Below, piece after piece: positions 28,244 through 36,090 of a DNA stretch of 52,586 nucleotides. The translations under genes were made by a program, and so were the position numbers. Origin of the DNA: Clostridia bacterium (GTDB taxonomy: Bacteria > Bacillota > Clostridia > Oscillospirales > CAG-272); contig JAFYTT010000246.1 in the NCBI GenBank assembly GCA_017558715.1, positions 1-52,586 on the forward strand. The letters run 5' to 3'. The notes under the pieces are model-generated. The model was not told the origin of the DNA. It saw nothing but the letters and a program-made list of their open reading frames with translations, and searched no databases. The stretch's first letter is position 1, and each line of letters opens with the position of its first letter.

Positions 28244-29438
28244 ATGCCCATTCAACCGCAATGACAAGCGGTTCTGCCGGGTACTCGTCCACGGGAATCT
28301 CACGGATGGAGTAATATTGTTTGCGCGCAACGGTATCTGCATCGACCTTCGACGGCAGTGTTCCGTGACGAATGGGAAGCGTCTCCCCGGAATTGAGCAG
28401 GACGGCGCGGCACGGTTTCGGAATATCGTCATCCAACAATGTCACGGCGGTGCTGTTCAATCCCCGATAGAAATGGAAATAGGTCACGCCGTTCTTTTCC
28501 ACGGCGATATGCGGCATCCCGCCGGAAAGGGAATAGGTGCGCGCGGCGGGTGCGGTATTTTCAAGGGCGATTTGTGTGCGGTTATACCACGTACCGATGC
28601 GGCAAAGCAGCTGTTCCGATCGCGTGGGGATCGTACCGTCTGCCATCGGACCGACATTGAGCAGATAACTGCCGCCCATCGCCATGATCTTATCGATGGA
28701 CTGCATCAGATGTCTTGCGGAAAAATAATCCTCTTCCGCGCGATACCCCCAGCTGTTTTCTCCGACCGACTGACATGCTTCCGTCATCGTCGGGAATCGG
28801 TCACCGTCGGGAACGGAACGCTCCGGCGTTGCAAAATCCCCTGCATCAAAGCCGCGGTTGTTGATCAGAATGTTCGGCTGAAGAGCGCGTACCAGCTCGT
28901 TGATGCTTTTGTCCTCGATGTGCGGCGGAATATCCCAGAAAAAGGTATAGATCTCACCGTAGTTTGTCAGCAGTTCCGTCACCTGTGCTTTGACAAACGC
29001 AATGTAGGCGTCCATGTCGGTTAATTCCGGATATTTTGCCTTCCATTGATGGGTGGAAAGGGCATTATAGGCATTGGGATGATGCCAGTCGGGATTGGAA
29101 TAGTACAGGGACAGCTTCATACCGTACTTATGGCAGGCATCGGCGAGCAGTTTCAGAACATCCTTGCCATAGGGTGTGTTCATGATGTTGTAATCGGTTT
29201 GCCCGGTGTCCCACATACAGAAGCCGTCGTGGTGTTTCGTGGTAAAGCAGAGATAGGACATGCCGCAGTCGCGTGCCATTCTGACCCATGCTTCGGGATC
29301 GTAACGGATGGGGTCAAAGCGGTGCATCAATGCTTCATAATCGTCGTGATTCCAGTCGCCGCGTGCCAGCACCTGTTCGTGAACAGCGGGAATGGCGTAC
29401 AGTCCCCAATGGATGAACAGACCGAATCGGTTTTGCAT
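28242..29438 (-). CDS. Alpha-L-fucosidase (GH29-type), second copy, no signal peptide
   Basis: FGLFIHWGLYA and CFTTKHHDGFCMWDT motifs. 398 aa with an extra C-terminal beta-rich domain. GGAGG RBS. Confidence 0.8.
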   Translation of the reverse strand: MQNRFGLFIHWGLYAIPAVHEQVLARGDWNHDDYEALMHRFDPIRYDPEAWVRMARDCGMSYLCFTTKHHDGFCMWDTGQTDYNIMNTPYGKDVLKLLADACHKYGMKLSLYYSNPDWHHPNAYNALSTHQWKAKYPELTDMDAYIAFVKAQVTELLTNYGEIYTFFWDIPPHIEDKSINELVRALQPNILINNRGFDAGDFATPERSVPDGDRFPTMTEACQSVGENSWGYRAEEDYFSARHLMQSIDKIMAMGGSYLLNVGPMADGTIPTRSEQLLCRIGTWYNRTQIALENTAPAARTYSLSGGMPHIAVEKNGVTYFHFYRGLNSTAVTLLDDDIPKPCRAVLLNSGETLPIRHGTLPSKVDADTVARKQYYSIREIPVDEYPAEPLVIAVEWA

Positions 29439-29499
29439 GATCGTATACCTCCATGATCTTGATCTGCTGTTATTATAGCACAGCCGTCAGGATTTTGCA

Positions 29500-29542
29500 A
29501 GAGGGATAAAAGACAGAGGTACAGCCGATAGCCGTACCTCTG
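29500..29542 (-). terminator. Intrinsic terminator after the DUF11-like gene
   Basis: CAGAGGTAC (29514-29522) / GTACCTCTG (29534-29542). On the minus strand it is followed by TCTTTTATCCC. Confidence 0.65.
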
Positions 29543-29562
29543 CGGTTTGATTGGAAAAGCGG

Positions 29563-30423
29563 TCAGATGGTGCCTGTCACACGGACAACGGCAACACCGG
29601 GTGTGGTTGTGATGACGCCGGTGGCCGGATCCTGGCTGTACGTCGCCGCAGGCACTGTGATGACACCGGGAACCGTTGCAAATTCACCTGTCGTCGAGTC
29701 ATAGGTGTAAAATGCGGGAGACGATACGACCTCACCGTTATAGGTGACGCTGATCGGATCGAGAATCGGGTCAAAGGTATCGCGCAGGACAACGCCGTCA
29801 GCAGATGTCGCTTCGGTATTGCCGGCATTCTGAATGACGAAGGTGTAGGTGATCTGTCCGTTTTCCGTAACCGTTTCGGGACAGAGAGACTTAGAGATGG
29901 TCAGCGATGCCTCTGCGGCTGCGGTAATCTGAGCGGTATCGGTGAGTGCAGCAGTCAGCCCGCCGCCGGTCACAGATGCGGTATTGAGAATGGTTCCGGT
30001 GAGATCAGCCGGTGCATAGGCATTGACAACCGCTTCATAAATGAGCAGGACATTGCTTGCCGCAGGAACAGAGATACCGGTAACGGTCAGCGGATCGGTA
30101 TCAGTAACCGTCGGCGGTGAAATCAGATCACCGTTGACATACAGCTGCACAGAGCCGTCAACATAGGTCAGAGGAACAACGGTGACCGCGGGATCGCCGA
30201 CCGTGTATGCGCCGAGATCATCGGTGACGGTGAGTCCGGTAAATGCGGTGCTTCCGCTGTTGCGGATGCTGATGATATAGGTGACGGTATCGCCGGGAAG
30301 ATACGTGGTGCGGGATGCATTCTTGGTCATGGAGAGCACTTCAACGATTTCACCTGTCACAACGTTGGAATCGCGGATGGTGTCACCCCACGAAATGGTC
30401 GCACGGTTGGTAAATGCTGCCAT
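29563..30423 (-). CDS. Two-domain DUF11-like (conserved repeat domain, Ig-like) protein without signal peptide
   Basis: 286 aa with AAAGGA RBS. Two copies of the repeat-domain signature (LPGDTVTYIISIRNSGSTAFTGLTVTDDLG; ENGQITYTFVIQNAGNTEATSADGVVLRDTF). T/V/G-rich beta composition. The N-terminus MAAFTNRATISWGD has no hydrophobic leader. Confidence 0.65.
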   Translation of the reverse strand: MAAFTNRATISWGDTIRDSNVVTGEIVEVLSMTKNASRTTYLPGDTVTYIISIRNSGSTAFTGLTVTDDLGAYTVGDPAVTVVPLTYVDGSVQLYVNGDLISPPTVTDTDPLTVTGISVPAASNVLLIYEAVVNAYAPADLTGTILNTASVTGGGLTAALTDTAQITAAAEASLTISKSLCPETVTENGQITYTFVIQNAGNTEATSADGVVLRDTFDPILDPISVTYNGEVVSSPAFYTYDSTTGEFATVPGVITVPAATYSQDPATGVITTTPGVAVVRVTGTI

Positions 30424-30514
30424 ATAGATAATCCTTTCGTTTCGCAGAAGTCATGGGGGATGCAAACCCCATGAACAGTATATGCAAATACAGGAAAACG
30501 GCCTGGATGCGCCA

Positions 30515-30543
30515 TTGACAGCTTTTTGAAAATATGATATGAT
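30515..30543 (+). promoter_or_regulatory. Sigma-A-type promoter of the sigma-factor gene
   Basis: TTGACA (30515-30520), 17-nt spacer, TATGAT (30538-30543). Confidence 0.55.
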
Positions 30544-30634
30544 ATTTTTGAAAAAATCTTGTCAGCAAATCCAAAATCACAACACTATATGGGTGAAAAC
30601 CGGTTTTGAGAAAATTTGGAAGGGGGAGTAGCGT

Positions 30635-32242
30635 ATGCAGATGGCTGGAATCGGCGGAGAGTTGATTCTGAACTTCACAGAGCATTACATGGAATCACTG
30701 TTTTATTTCTGTCTGAAAAAGACGGGAAATACGGTGGAAGCCGAGGATCTGACACACGATACGGCACTTCATATTCTGACCGCCCTGCAGCGCGGTGTCA
30801 TTCCCGCACATTTTTCGGCGTGGGTGTGGCAGATTGCGCGCAACCGTTATGCGGCGTGGGCGGCAAAAAAGCACCTGCGCACCGAACGGCAGAGTACCGT
30901 TGACATTGCCGAATATGAAATCGAAGGCGCTGACGGTAATCCGCTGGACGGGATGATCGATGCAGAGCAGACGGCACTTCTGCGCCGTGAGCTGGCATTC
31001 ATCCGTCGGGAATACCGCGATATGATCGTTGCGTATTACATCGAAAACCGAAGCATCCATGATATTGCACAGGCAAACGCACTCTCCGTCAGCGCGGTTC
31101 AGCAGAGACTGCACCGTGCGAGAACGATTCTGAAAGAAGGTATGGATATGGCAAGAACATTTGGTAAGAGAAGCTACAATCCCGAGGAGATCACATTCGC
31201 CGCCAGCGGCAGTCAGCCCTCAGGTCTTCCGTGGACTGCTGTCCAGCGCAGTATCCCGAAAAACATTCTCCTGCAGGCAAGCAACAACCCGTCCACCGCA
31301 GAGGAGCTTTCCGTGGAACTCGGCATCGCACTGCCGTATATGGAAGAAGAAATCGCGCTTCTGTGCAATGCGACCTTACTGGAAAAGCAGGGGGACAAAT
31401 ACATTACGAACTTCTTCATTTTGGACCGCGACTGCCGTCTTGACATCTACAATGCACTTCGCCGCGGTGCAAAGGACAGAAGTGCGCTGATACGGGAACT
31501 GATTGCGGACACAGAAGAAAGCATTGCCGCGCTCGGAATGCTCGGTGCACATATGGGCGGCGAAACCCTGCGTTGGTGGCTGATTCCGCACATCACGGAT
31601 ATGCTCATTGACGGCATCGTCCGCGGCGAGAGTATCTATGAGCCGCCGGCGCGGGCAAACGGCGAAACATGGGGCTTTGTCGGATATGAGATGGCAGAAC
31701 TGCCCGAGAGTACGATGATGAGTCACAACGGTGCCGGCAATGAACAGAATATGTTCTGGACATACAAATACCCGGTCGGTCAGATGTGGGATCAGTGCGG
31801 CGAGCCGAACGACTATGAGCTTGTCCTGATGCTTGCCGACTGTATCCGCAAGAACCGCACGACGGCATCGTTCTCCGACGGTGATGCCCGTATGTGGGAA
31901 CGCATCGACGGACGCTATGCGCACGCCGATGAGCATGGCAATGTTATTCCCGACATTCTCGTCTTCCGCGACGGCATGATCGATGCACTTGAAGCGATCA
32001 TCCGCGGTCACAAAAACTTTGCGAATCTGACCGAAAACATGACCGCCGCCTATCATACGGTGGAAGCGATTTTCAAACAGTACAGCCACCGCGTTCTTCA
32101 CAGCCACATCGGCTACTACATCCGCATGGAGCTGTATGCCGCGCGCATGATGACCGTCCATGATCTGCTTACAGACGGATTCCTGACTTTGCCGGAGCAG
32201 CAGGACAAGTCAAGCTACGGTATGCATCTGATTCTGACGTGA
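30635..32242 (+). CDS. ECF-like sigma-70 family sigma factor with ~350-aa soluble C-terminal extension
   Basis: Region 2 (AEDLTHDTALHILTAL...FSAWVWQIARNRYAAW) and region 4 HTH (RSIHDIAQANALSVSAVQQRLHRARTILKE) fall within the first ~175 aa. The rest has no TM helix and starts with a winged-helix-like segment (STAEELSVELGIALPYMEEEIALLCNATLLEKQGDKYITNF). Confidence 0.75.
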   Translation: MQMAGIGGELILNFTEHYMESLFYFCLKKTGNTVEAEDLTHDTALHILTALQRGVIPAHFSAWVWQIARNRYAAWAAKKHLRTERQSTVDIAEYEIEGADGNPLDGMIDAEQTALLRRELAFIRREYRDMIVAYYIENRSIHDIAQANALSVSAVQQRLHRARTILKEGMDMARTFGKRSYNPEEITFAASGSQPSGLPWTAVQRSIPKNILLQASNNPSTAEELSVELGIALPYMEEEIALLCNATLLEKQGDKYITNFFILDRDCRLDIYNALRRGAKDRSALIRELIADTEESIAALGMLGAHMGGETLRWWLIPHITDMLIDGIVRGESIYEPPARANGETWGFVGYEMAELPESTMMSHNGAGNEQNMFWTYKYPVGQMWDQCGEPNDYELVLMLADCIRKNRTTASFSDGDARMWERIDGRYAHADEHGNVIPDILVFRDGMIDALEAIIRGHKNFANLTENMTAAYHTVEAIFKQYSHRVLHSHIGYYIRMELYAARMMTVHDLLTDGFLTLPEQQDKSSYGMHLILT

Positions 32243-32256
32243 TATCCGCATAAAAA

Positions 32257-32304
32257 ACAGCCGCTCACAATCCGATTATCGGTGCGTGGGCGGCTGTGTT
32301 ATTT
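32257..32304. terminator. Bidirectional intrinsic terminator
   Basis: ACAGCCGCTCAC (32257-32268) / GTGGGCGGCTGT (32286-32297) with one G-U pair, AAAAAA 5' and GTTATTT 3'. Confidence 0.7.
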
Positions 32305-32929
32305 ATGAGGGAAAGGACTGCACTCCGTCCGTTTTGTCTTTGGTGATGCGGCGAATGAGCGCCAGCGGCAGATACAGAGGCAGACACCAGAGTGCGGATA
32401 CGATCATATCGGACAGGATTCCTGTCCAAAGCATCGGCAATACCACGCCGAAGGATTCTCCGGCAAACGCGGCAGAAATGACGGAAAACGCCAGCAGAAA
32501 CATGCCGTGAAGCATACAGACAGCCGTTTCGTAGACCGCATAGAACCAGAATCCTTTTTTCAGAAAATGCCCGCCGAGCAGACCGATCGAAAACCCGTAC
32601 AGCATATAGAAAACAGGCAGTACATACAGCGCATCCCCACCGGCGGCTGACGAAAGCAGTCCTGCGGCAATGCCGAACCATGCGCCGCCGACAGCACCTT
32701 CCAGCATGGCGACAGCGGTGACCCATGCGGGCAGGAAATACGGCGTCCCGATGGCTGCGGCGGAAGCCCCCTGAAAGGCAAACAGCGTTCCTTCCGTGAC
32801 ACACAGAAGCAGCGCGATAACGGCATAACAAAGCCACTTGATACCGCCGCGCAGAAATGCCCGTCTGCGCTGTCTTGCGCGGTCACGGTAAGCGCGGGAG
32901 GCAGTCCGTGCGCCGTAGAAGCGTGCCAT
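32303..32929 (-). CDS. Polytopic membrane protein of unknown function
   Basis: 208 aa with an Arg-rich N-terminus and five to six hydrophobic helices. AAAGGGGAG RBS. Its own TTGACA / TACAAT-type promoter lies upstream on the minus strand (~32965-33000). Confidence 0.6.
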   Translation of the reverse strand: MARFYGARTASRAYRDRARQRRRAFLRGGIKWLCYAVIALLLCVTEGTLFAFQGASAAAIGTPYFLPAWVTAVAMLEGAVGGAWFGIAAGLLSSAAGGDALYVLPVFYMLYGFSIGLLGGHFLKKGFWFYAVYETAVCMLHGMFLLAFSVISAAFAGESFGVVLPMLWTGILSDMIVSALWCLPLYLPLALIRRITKDKTDGVQSFPS

Positions 32930-33027
32930 GCCGATCTCCCCTTTCTGTCCTGTCTGAAATCCGTCGGATGGTTGATGGATCTATTATATTGTAACATGAA
33001 CTGCCGTGTTTTGTCAAGGGACGAAAC

Positions 33028-34050
33028 TCAGAGCACCGCGCCGTGAAACATCATTTTGCGCAGTTTTCCGTACTGCAGAGCAAGTGCGGCGCACAGCAGG
33101 GTATCACCGGGCGAGGAGCAGTTGTGACTGAGCAGGGCATGCAGATGCGCACAGCGGTCATCGTCCTGCGTGTCTGATCCTTGCGATGCATCCTCTGTGT
33201 CCGGTGCAGGATCGCGCGGCAGGGTGATATTCAAGAGAGGTCCCGCATGCAGTCCGCGATACCAGCTGCCGAGCGAACCGCATCTTCCGACCGAGTCCGT
33301 TTCATAGCCGCGCCCGTCAATGTCTTTTGCCAGAATCTGTGCCAGCGAACGCGTACGGTGATCGGACCCGCACCAACCAATGCGCCCTCCGCCATAGTCC
33401 TCCTCATCGGTACCGTCGCCGAATACCAGAACCAGATCGGTTGTCGCCGCGCCGCGCAGAAAATTGGCGACAGCCGCACATTCCGGCTCACTCTCCGGGT
33501 GCATACCGGGGAAACCGGCACCGCCGATCCCATGCGAGTGCGTCATGGCACCGGTAAAATCGGCATCAAAATTACAGCGCAGGTCGACACCGCGTCCGCT
33601 GCATACCCAGTGTGCAAACGGATTGCCGGTACCATTGTTCTGTATGTCCGCATTATTTGCCGACAGCATGGTCAGAAGCCGCGGCAGAAGAGGATTGTGG
33701 TCGTCCTGACCGTCACAACGAAGCACCGCACCGTCGACATTGAGCATCGGTACAACCGTGATACTGCGTGTATGCCGCAGATAGGATATGTCAATGCCCG
33801 CAACACGCATGCCGCTCTGCTGTGCCTGTACATAATCCCGTGCAAACTGTAAAAGCAGCGCACCGATACGGATACTGCCCGTCATACCGCCAAGATACAG
33901 AAGACGGTGACTGCCCTCTCCAAGCTGCAGTGCCGGAATCGTACGTCCCAGATAACTGGTGCCGAACTTGATTTTTCGGATGCCCTCGCCGCGGTATTGC
34001 GTGCACAGCGCATCGATGGATGTACATAAGGTTTCATATATGGTTTCCAT
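33028..34050 (-). CDS. M14 carboxypeptidase / gamma-D-glutamyl-diamino-acid peptidase homologue, apparently lacking catalytic residues
   Basis: 340 aa with AAGGAG RBS. M14-like landmarks are present (VVPMLNVDG, GRGVDLRCNF, PESEPE). The expected HxxE position reads LGGMTGSIRIG. See findings. Confidence 0.55.
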   Translation of the reverse strand: METIYETLCTSIDALCTQYRGEGIRKIKFGTSYLGRTIPALQLGEGSHRLLYLGGMTGSIRIGALLLQFARDYVQAQQSGMRVAGIDISYLRHTRSITVVPMLNVDGAVLRCDGQDDHNPLLPRLLTMLSANNADIQNNGTGNPFAHWVCSGRGVDLRCNFDADFTGAMTHSHGIGGAGFPGMHPESEPECAAVANFLRGAATTDLVLVFGDGTDEEDYGGGRIGWCGSDHRTRSLAQILAKDIDGRGYETDSVGRCGSLGSWYRGLHAGPLLNITLPRDPAPDTEDASQGSDTQDDDRCAHLHALLSHNCSSPGDTLLCAALALQYGKLRKMMFHGAVL

Positions 34051-34154
34051 TGTATCCCACTCCTTGTTTTCGGAAAGACCGAATAATTGTTTATCGTACG
34101 GGACAACCTATTCTCGTAAATTCAGAATTTGGCGAGAAAGGAACGACACGTCTC

Positions 34155-34580
34155 ATGAATCACAGCCCCTCACACGGATTGCATATCCGTCTCCGTCCCG
34201 TTTCAGACGGTACGGTACGACTCTGCCGTCCGCAGGAAAAGCGAAGCCTGCCTCAGACGAAAAATCCGCTCATCATCCGCAGAACCTATGATATTACCGC
34301 CGCCTGTACACGGCTGAACGACGCAGAAGAGGACGCTCCGCTCACCGTGCATATCCGCGGGGAACGCGCTGTGCCGCTTCTGCGCTGTGCCGTGATCGGT
34401 GCGGCAGCGATTGGTATCGCGGTTTCGGTGTCGCTTCTCGGTCGCATGAGCCGTGAATGGCAGGTTCGGCGAAAATACGCCAGAAAATATGCCGAGCGCC
34501 TCAAAGAACAACGGCTTCGGATGCAGCTCCGCCGCAAATCGGACGGTGCTTCCTCCGTCACATCGGATGCAAAACCGTGA
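34155..34580 (+). CDS. Basic single-pass membrane protein of unknown function
   Basis: ORF 34020-34580 trimmed to the ATG at 34155 (AAAGGAA upstream). One TM helix (AVIGAAAIGIAVSVSLLG) followed by an Arg/Lys-rich tail. Confidence 0.45.
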   Translation: MNHSPSHGLHIRLRPVSDGTVRLCRPQEKRSLPQTKNPLIIRRTYDITAACTRLNDAEEDAPLTVHIRGERAVPLLRCAVIGAAAIGIAVSVSLLGRMSREWQVRRKYARKYAERLKEQRLRMQLRRKSDGASSVTSDAKP

Positions 34581-34641
34581 TCTGCGCATCCGAACAGGAA
34601 ACTGCGGCAGAACGTATTATACCACAGGAGGGATGTCGAAT

Positions 34642-35751
34642 ATGCGCAAATTGACGGATACAAAAAAATTTTCACCGAATATCAGACTGCTGTGGTATGC
34701 GGCGGCACTGTCCGGACTTCTGCTGTTCTGTTTTTCTCCGCTGACACCACCAGTGACCGCAGATACGTCATCGGACACGGACACACCTGCGGCAATCACA
34801 GAAGCGGTTCTTTACGATGATACAGAAGCTGTGATACTGTCCGAGGATGAGGAAGACGCCGCTCCCGTATTTCTGATGCAGGGGGACTGCGGGGCAGATG
34901 TTTACCGTATCCAGCAGCAGCTGGAGTCGCTCGGATATGCGGTCGGTGTGTGCAGCGGTGTTTATACGCAGCAGACAGCGTCGGCGGTACGGCGGTTTCA
35001 GCTGGACAGCGGATTTGTCGGTGACGGTGTCTGCTCGGCAGCAGTGTCGTATGCCCTTGCCTGTCTGAGCGGGACGGACATGTACGGAACCGAAATATCC
35101 GATGACGCGGTATGTACAGCACTGCGGGAGCAAGGGTATTGGTCTGTTGTCTCCCGTGAGCAGACCGAGGAGATGTCCGACGACATCCGTCTGCGCAATG
35201 CATTGATTCTCTTTCAGCGGACGCACGGGCTGTTTGGCTCGGGTACTGCGGATTATGCAACGCTGTGTGCACTCGGTCTGATCCGCGGGATGGAGGTCAG
35301 AACCGATGCGGCGGAAGACGGTATTTCTGCCGATGCGGCGATGTTTGATCTGCGGTGCCGTCTTTTGTCCGAAGCACTTGCAGAGTATGTACTCGGATGT
35401 CCCGCCGCCTATGATCTTTATACGCTGACCGCCTGTGCCGCCGTGCTGTGCAACCGCTGTGCCGATCCGCGCTTCCCCGGGAGCTTTGATGCGGTTTGTG
35501 CCGCCGGATTGATGTCCGCCGAGGACAGGAACGATGTCCCTGTGCCGTATGTACAGGACAGCTCTGCCATCATACGGAAATCACGCGATCTTCTTCTGCT
35601 CCGTGCCGCTGAGGATGCTCTGCGTGCGCATCTGTCATCGGACACATCGGATTTTGCCCGCGGGGCACTGTATGTATTGCCTGCTGACCGTACACTCCCG
35701 CAGGATGCCGCAGTATGCATCCGCATAAAGGGATTTGTTTTTTTTCGATAA
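34642..35751 (+). CDS. Cell-wall hydrolase with peptidoglycan-binding domains (SleB/CwlJ hydrolase_2-like C-terminus)
   Basis: Trimmed to the ATG at 34642 (AGGAGG upstream). Signal/anchor segment. PG_binding_1-like repeats (GDCGADVYRIQQQLESLGY...AVRRFQLDSGFVGDG). The C-terminus matches the SleB pattern (AAVLCNRCADPRFPGSFDAVC...GALYV). Confidence 0.6.
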   Translation: MRKLTDTKKFSPNIRLLWYAAALSGLLLFCFSPLTPPVTADTSSDTDTPAAITEAVLYDDTEAVILSEDEEDAAPVFLMQGDCGADVYRIQQQLESLGYAVGVCSGVYTQQTASAVRRFQLDSGFVGDGVCSAAVSYALACLSGTDMYGTEISDDAVCTALREQGYWSVVSREQTEEMSDDIRLRNALILFQRTHGLFGSGTADYATLCALGLIRGMEVRTDAAEDGISADAAMFDLRCRLLSEALAEYVLGCPAAYDLYTLTACAAVLCNRCADPRFPGSFDAVCAAGLMSAEDRNDVPVPYVQDSSAIIRKSRDLLLLRAAEDALRAHLSSDTSDFARGALYVLPADRTLPQDAAVCIRIKGFVFFR

Positions 35752-35784
35752 ATCTGTCTTCTTCACAGGATTTTTCACATATGC

Positions 35785-35906
35785 TGTGGAAAACAGAAGC
35801 CGCGTACCGTAATGCTGTCGGAAAACCGTGTTTTGACAGCATTTTTTGCGCGGTTGTTTTCCACAGAAGCAAGTTTTCCACAGGTGTTGATAACTTTGTG
35901 GAAAAC
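35785..35906. repeat. Cluster of four identical 10-mers TGTGGAAAAC / GTTTTCCACA (DnaA-box-like, 8/9 to TTATCCACA)
   Basis: TGTGGAAAAC at 35785-35794 and 35897-35906. GTTTTCCACA at 35856-35865 and 35873-35882. A one-insertion copy TGTCGGAAAAC lies at 35816-35826. Confidence 0.85.
35811..35848 (+). terminator. Intrinsic terminator after the SleB-like gene
   Basis: AATGCTGTC (35811-35819) / GACAGCATT (35835-35843) running into TTTTTTG. It is embedded inside the 10-mer cluster. Confidence 0.65.
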
Positions 35907-35956
35907 GATACACATCCGGCGGCATTTGTCGGATATGAATCACGCGAAGATGCGAT

Positions 35957-36007
35957 GCATTTCACACCGTCCATGACGCATTTCACGTTTCAAAAAACGC
36001 ATCTTGC
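35957..36007 (+). promoter_or_regulatory. Phased 9-bp direct repeats (candidate LytTR binding sites)
   Basis: GCATTTCAC at 35957 and 35978, separated by exactly 12 nt, and a 6/9 copy GCATCTTGC at 35999. Start-to-start spacing is 21 bp each time. A 7/9 copy GCATTTGTC at 35922 is out of phase. Confidence 0.55.
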
Positions 36008-36017
36008 CGAAAACCTC

Positions 36018-36046
36018 TTGCTTTTTTCTCTGAAATGGTGTATCAT
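36018..36046 (+). promoter_or_regulatory. Putative promoter of the LytTR operon
   Basis: TTGCTT (36018-36023), 17-nt spacer, TATCAT (36041-36046), with TG just upstream of the -10. Confidence 0.5.
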
Positions 36047-36090
36047 ATAGTCACAGAAACAAAGGATCACACAGGAGGTTGTCTGACACA

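Noticed and set aside
34020-34154. Longer N-terminal extensions given by the ORF track for several genes (34020, 34453, 39869, 44128, 44167, 19080, 1627, 48319, 36079, 36528, 26987, 16654).
   Set aside because: In each case an internal start has a proper AGGAGG-type RBS at 6-12 nt. The extension either overlaps a neighbouring gene, a T-box leader or a promoter, or adds a non-conserved-looking peptide. Coordinates were trimmed accordingly.
35895-35915. A catabolite-responsive element (cre) overlapping TGTGGAAAACGATACACA.
   Set aside because: It fails the TGWNANCGNTNWCA consensus at several fixed positions in every register I tried.
35715-36050. A 111-aa + strand ORF covering the intergenic region upstream of the LytTR gene.
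   Set aside because: It has no RBS, overlaps the end of the preceding gene, and its sequence is dictated by the repeat elements and terminator. It has a non-protein-like composition.
35752-36090. The chromosomal replication origin (oriC), suggested by the DnaA-box-like cluster.
   Set aside because: No dnaA, dnaN or other origin-proximal genes are in the window. There is no obvious AT-rich unwinding element or DnaA-trio next to the boxes. The spacer also contains a terminator and a promoter. I kept it as a non-origin box cluster.
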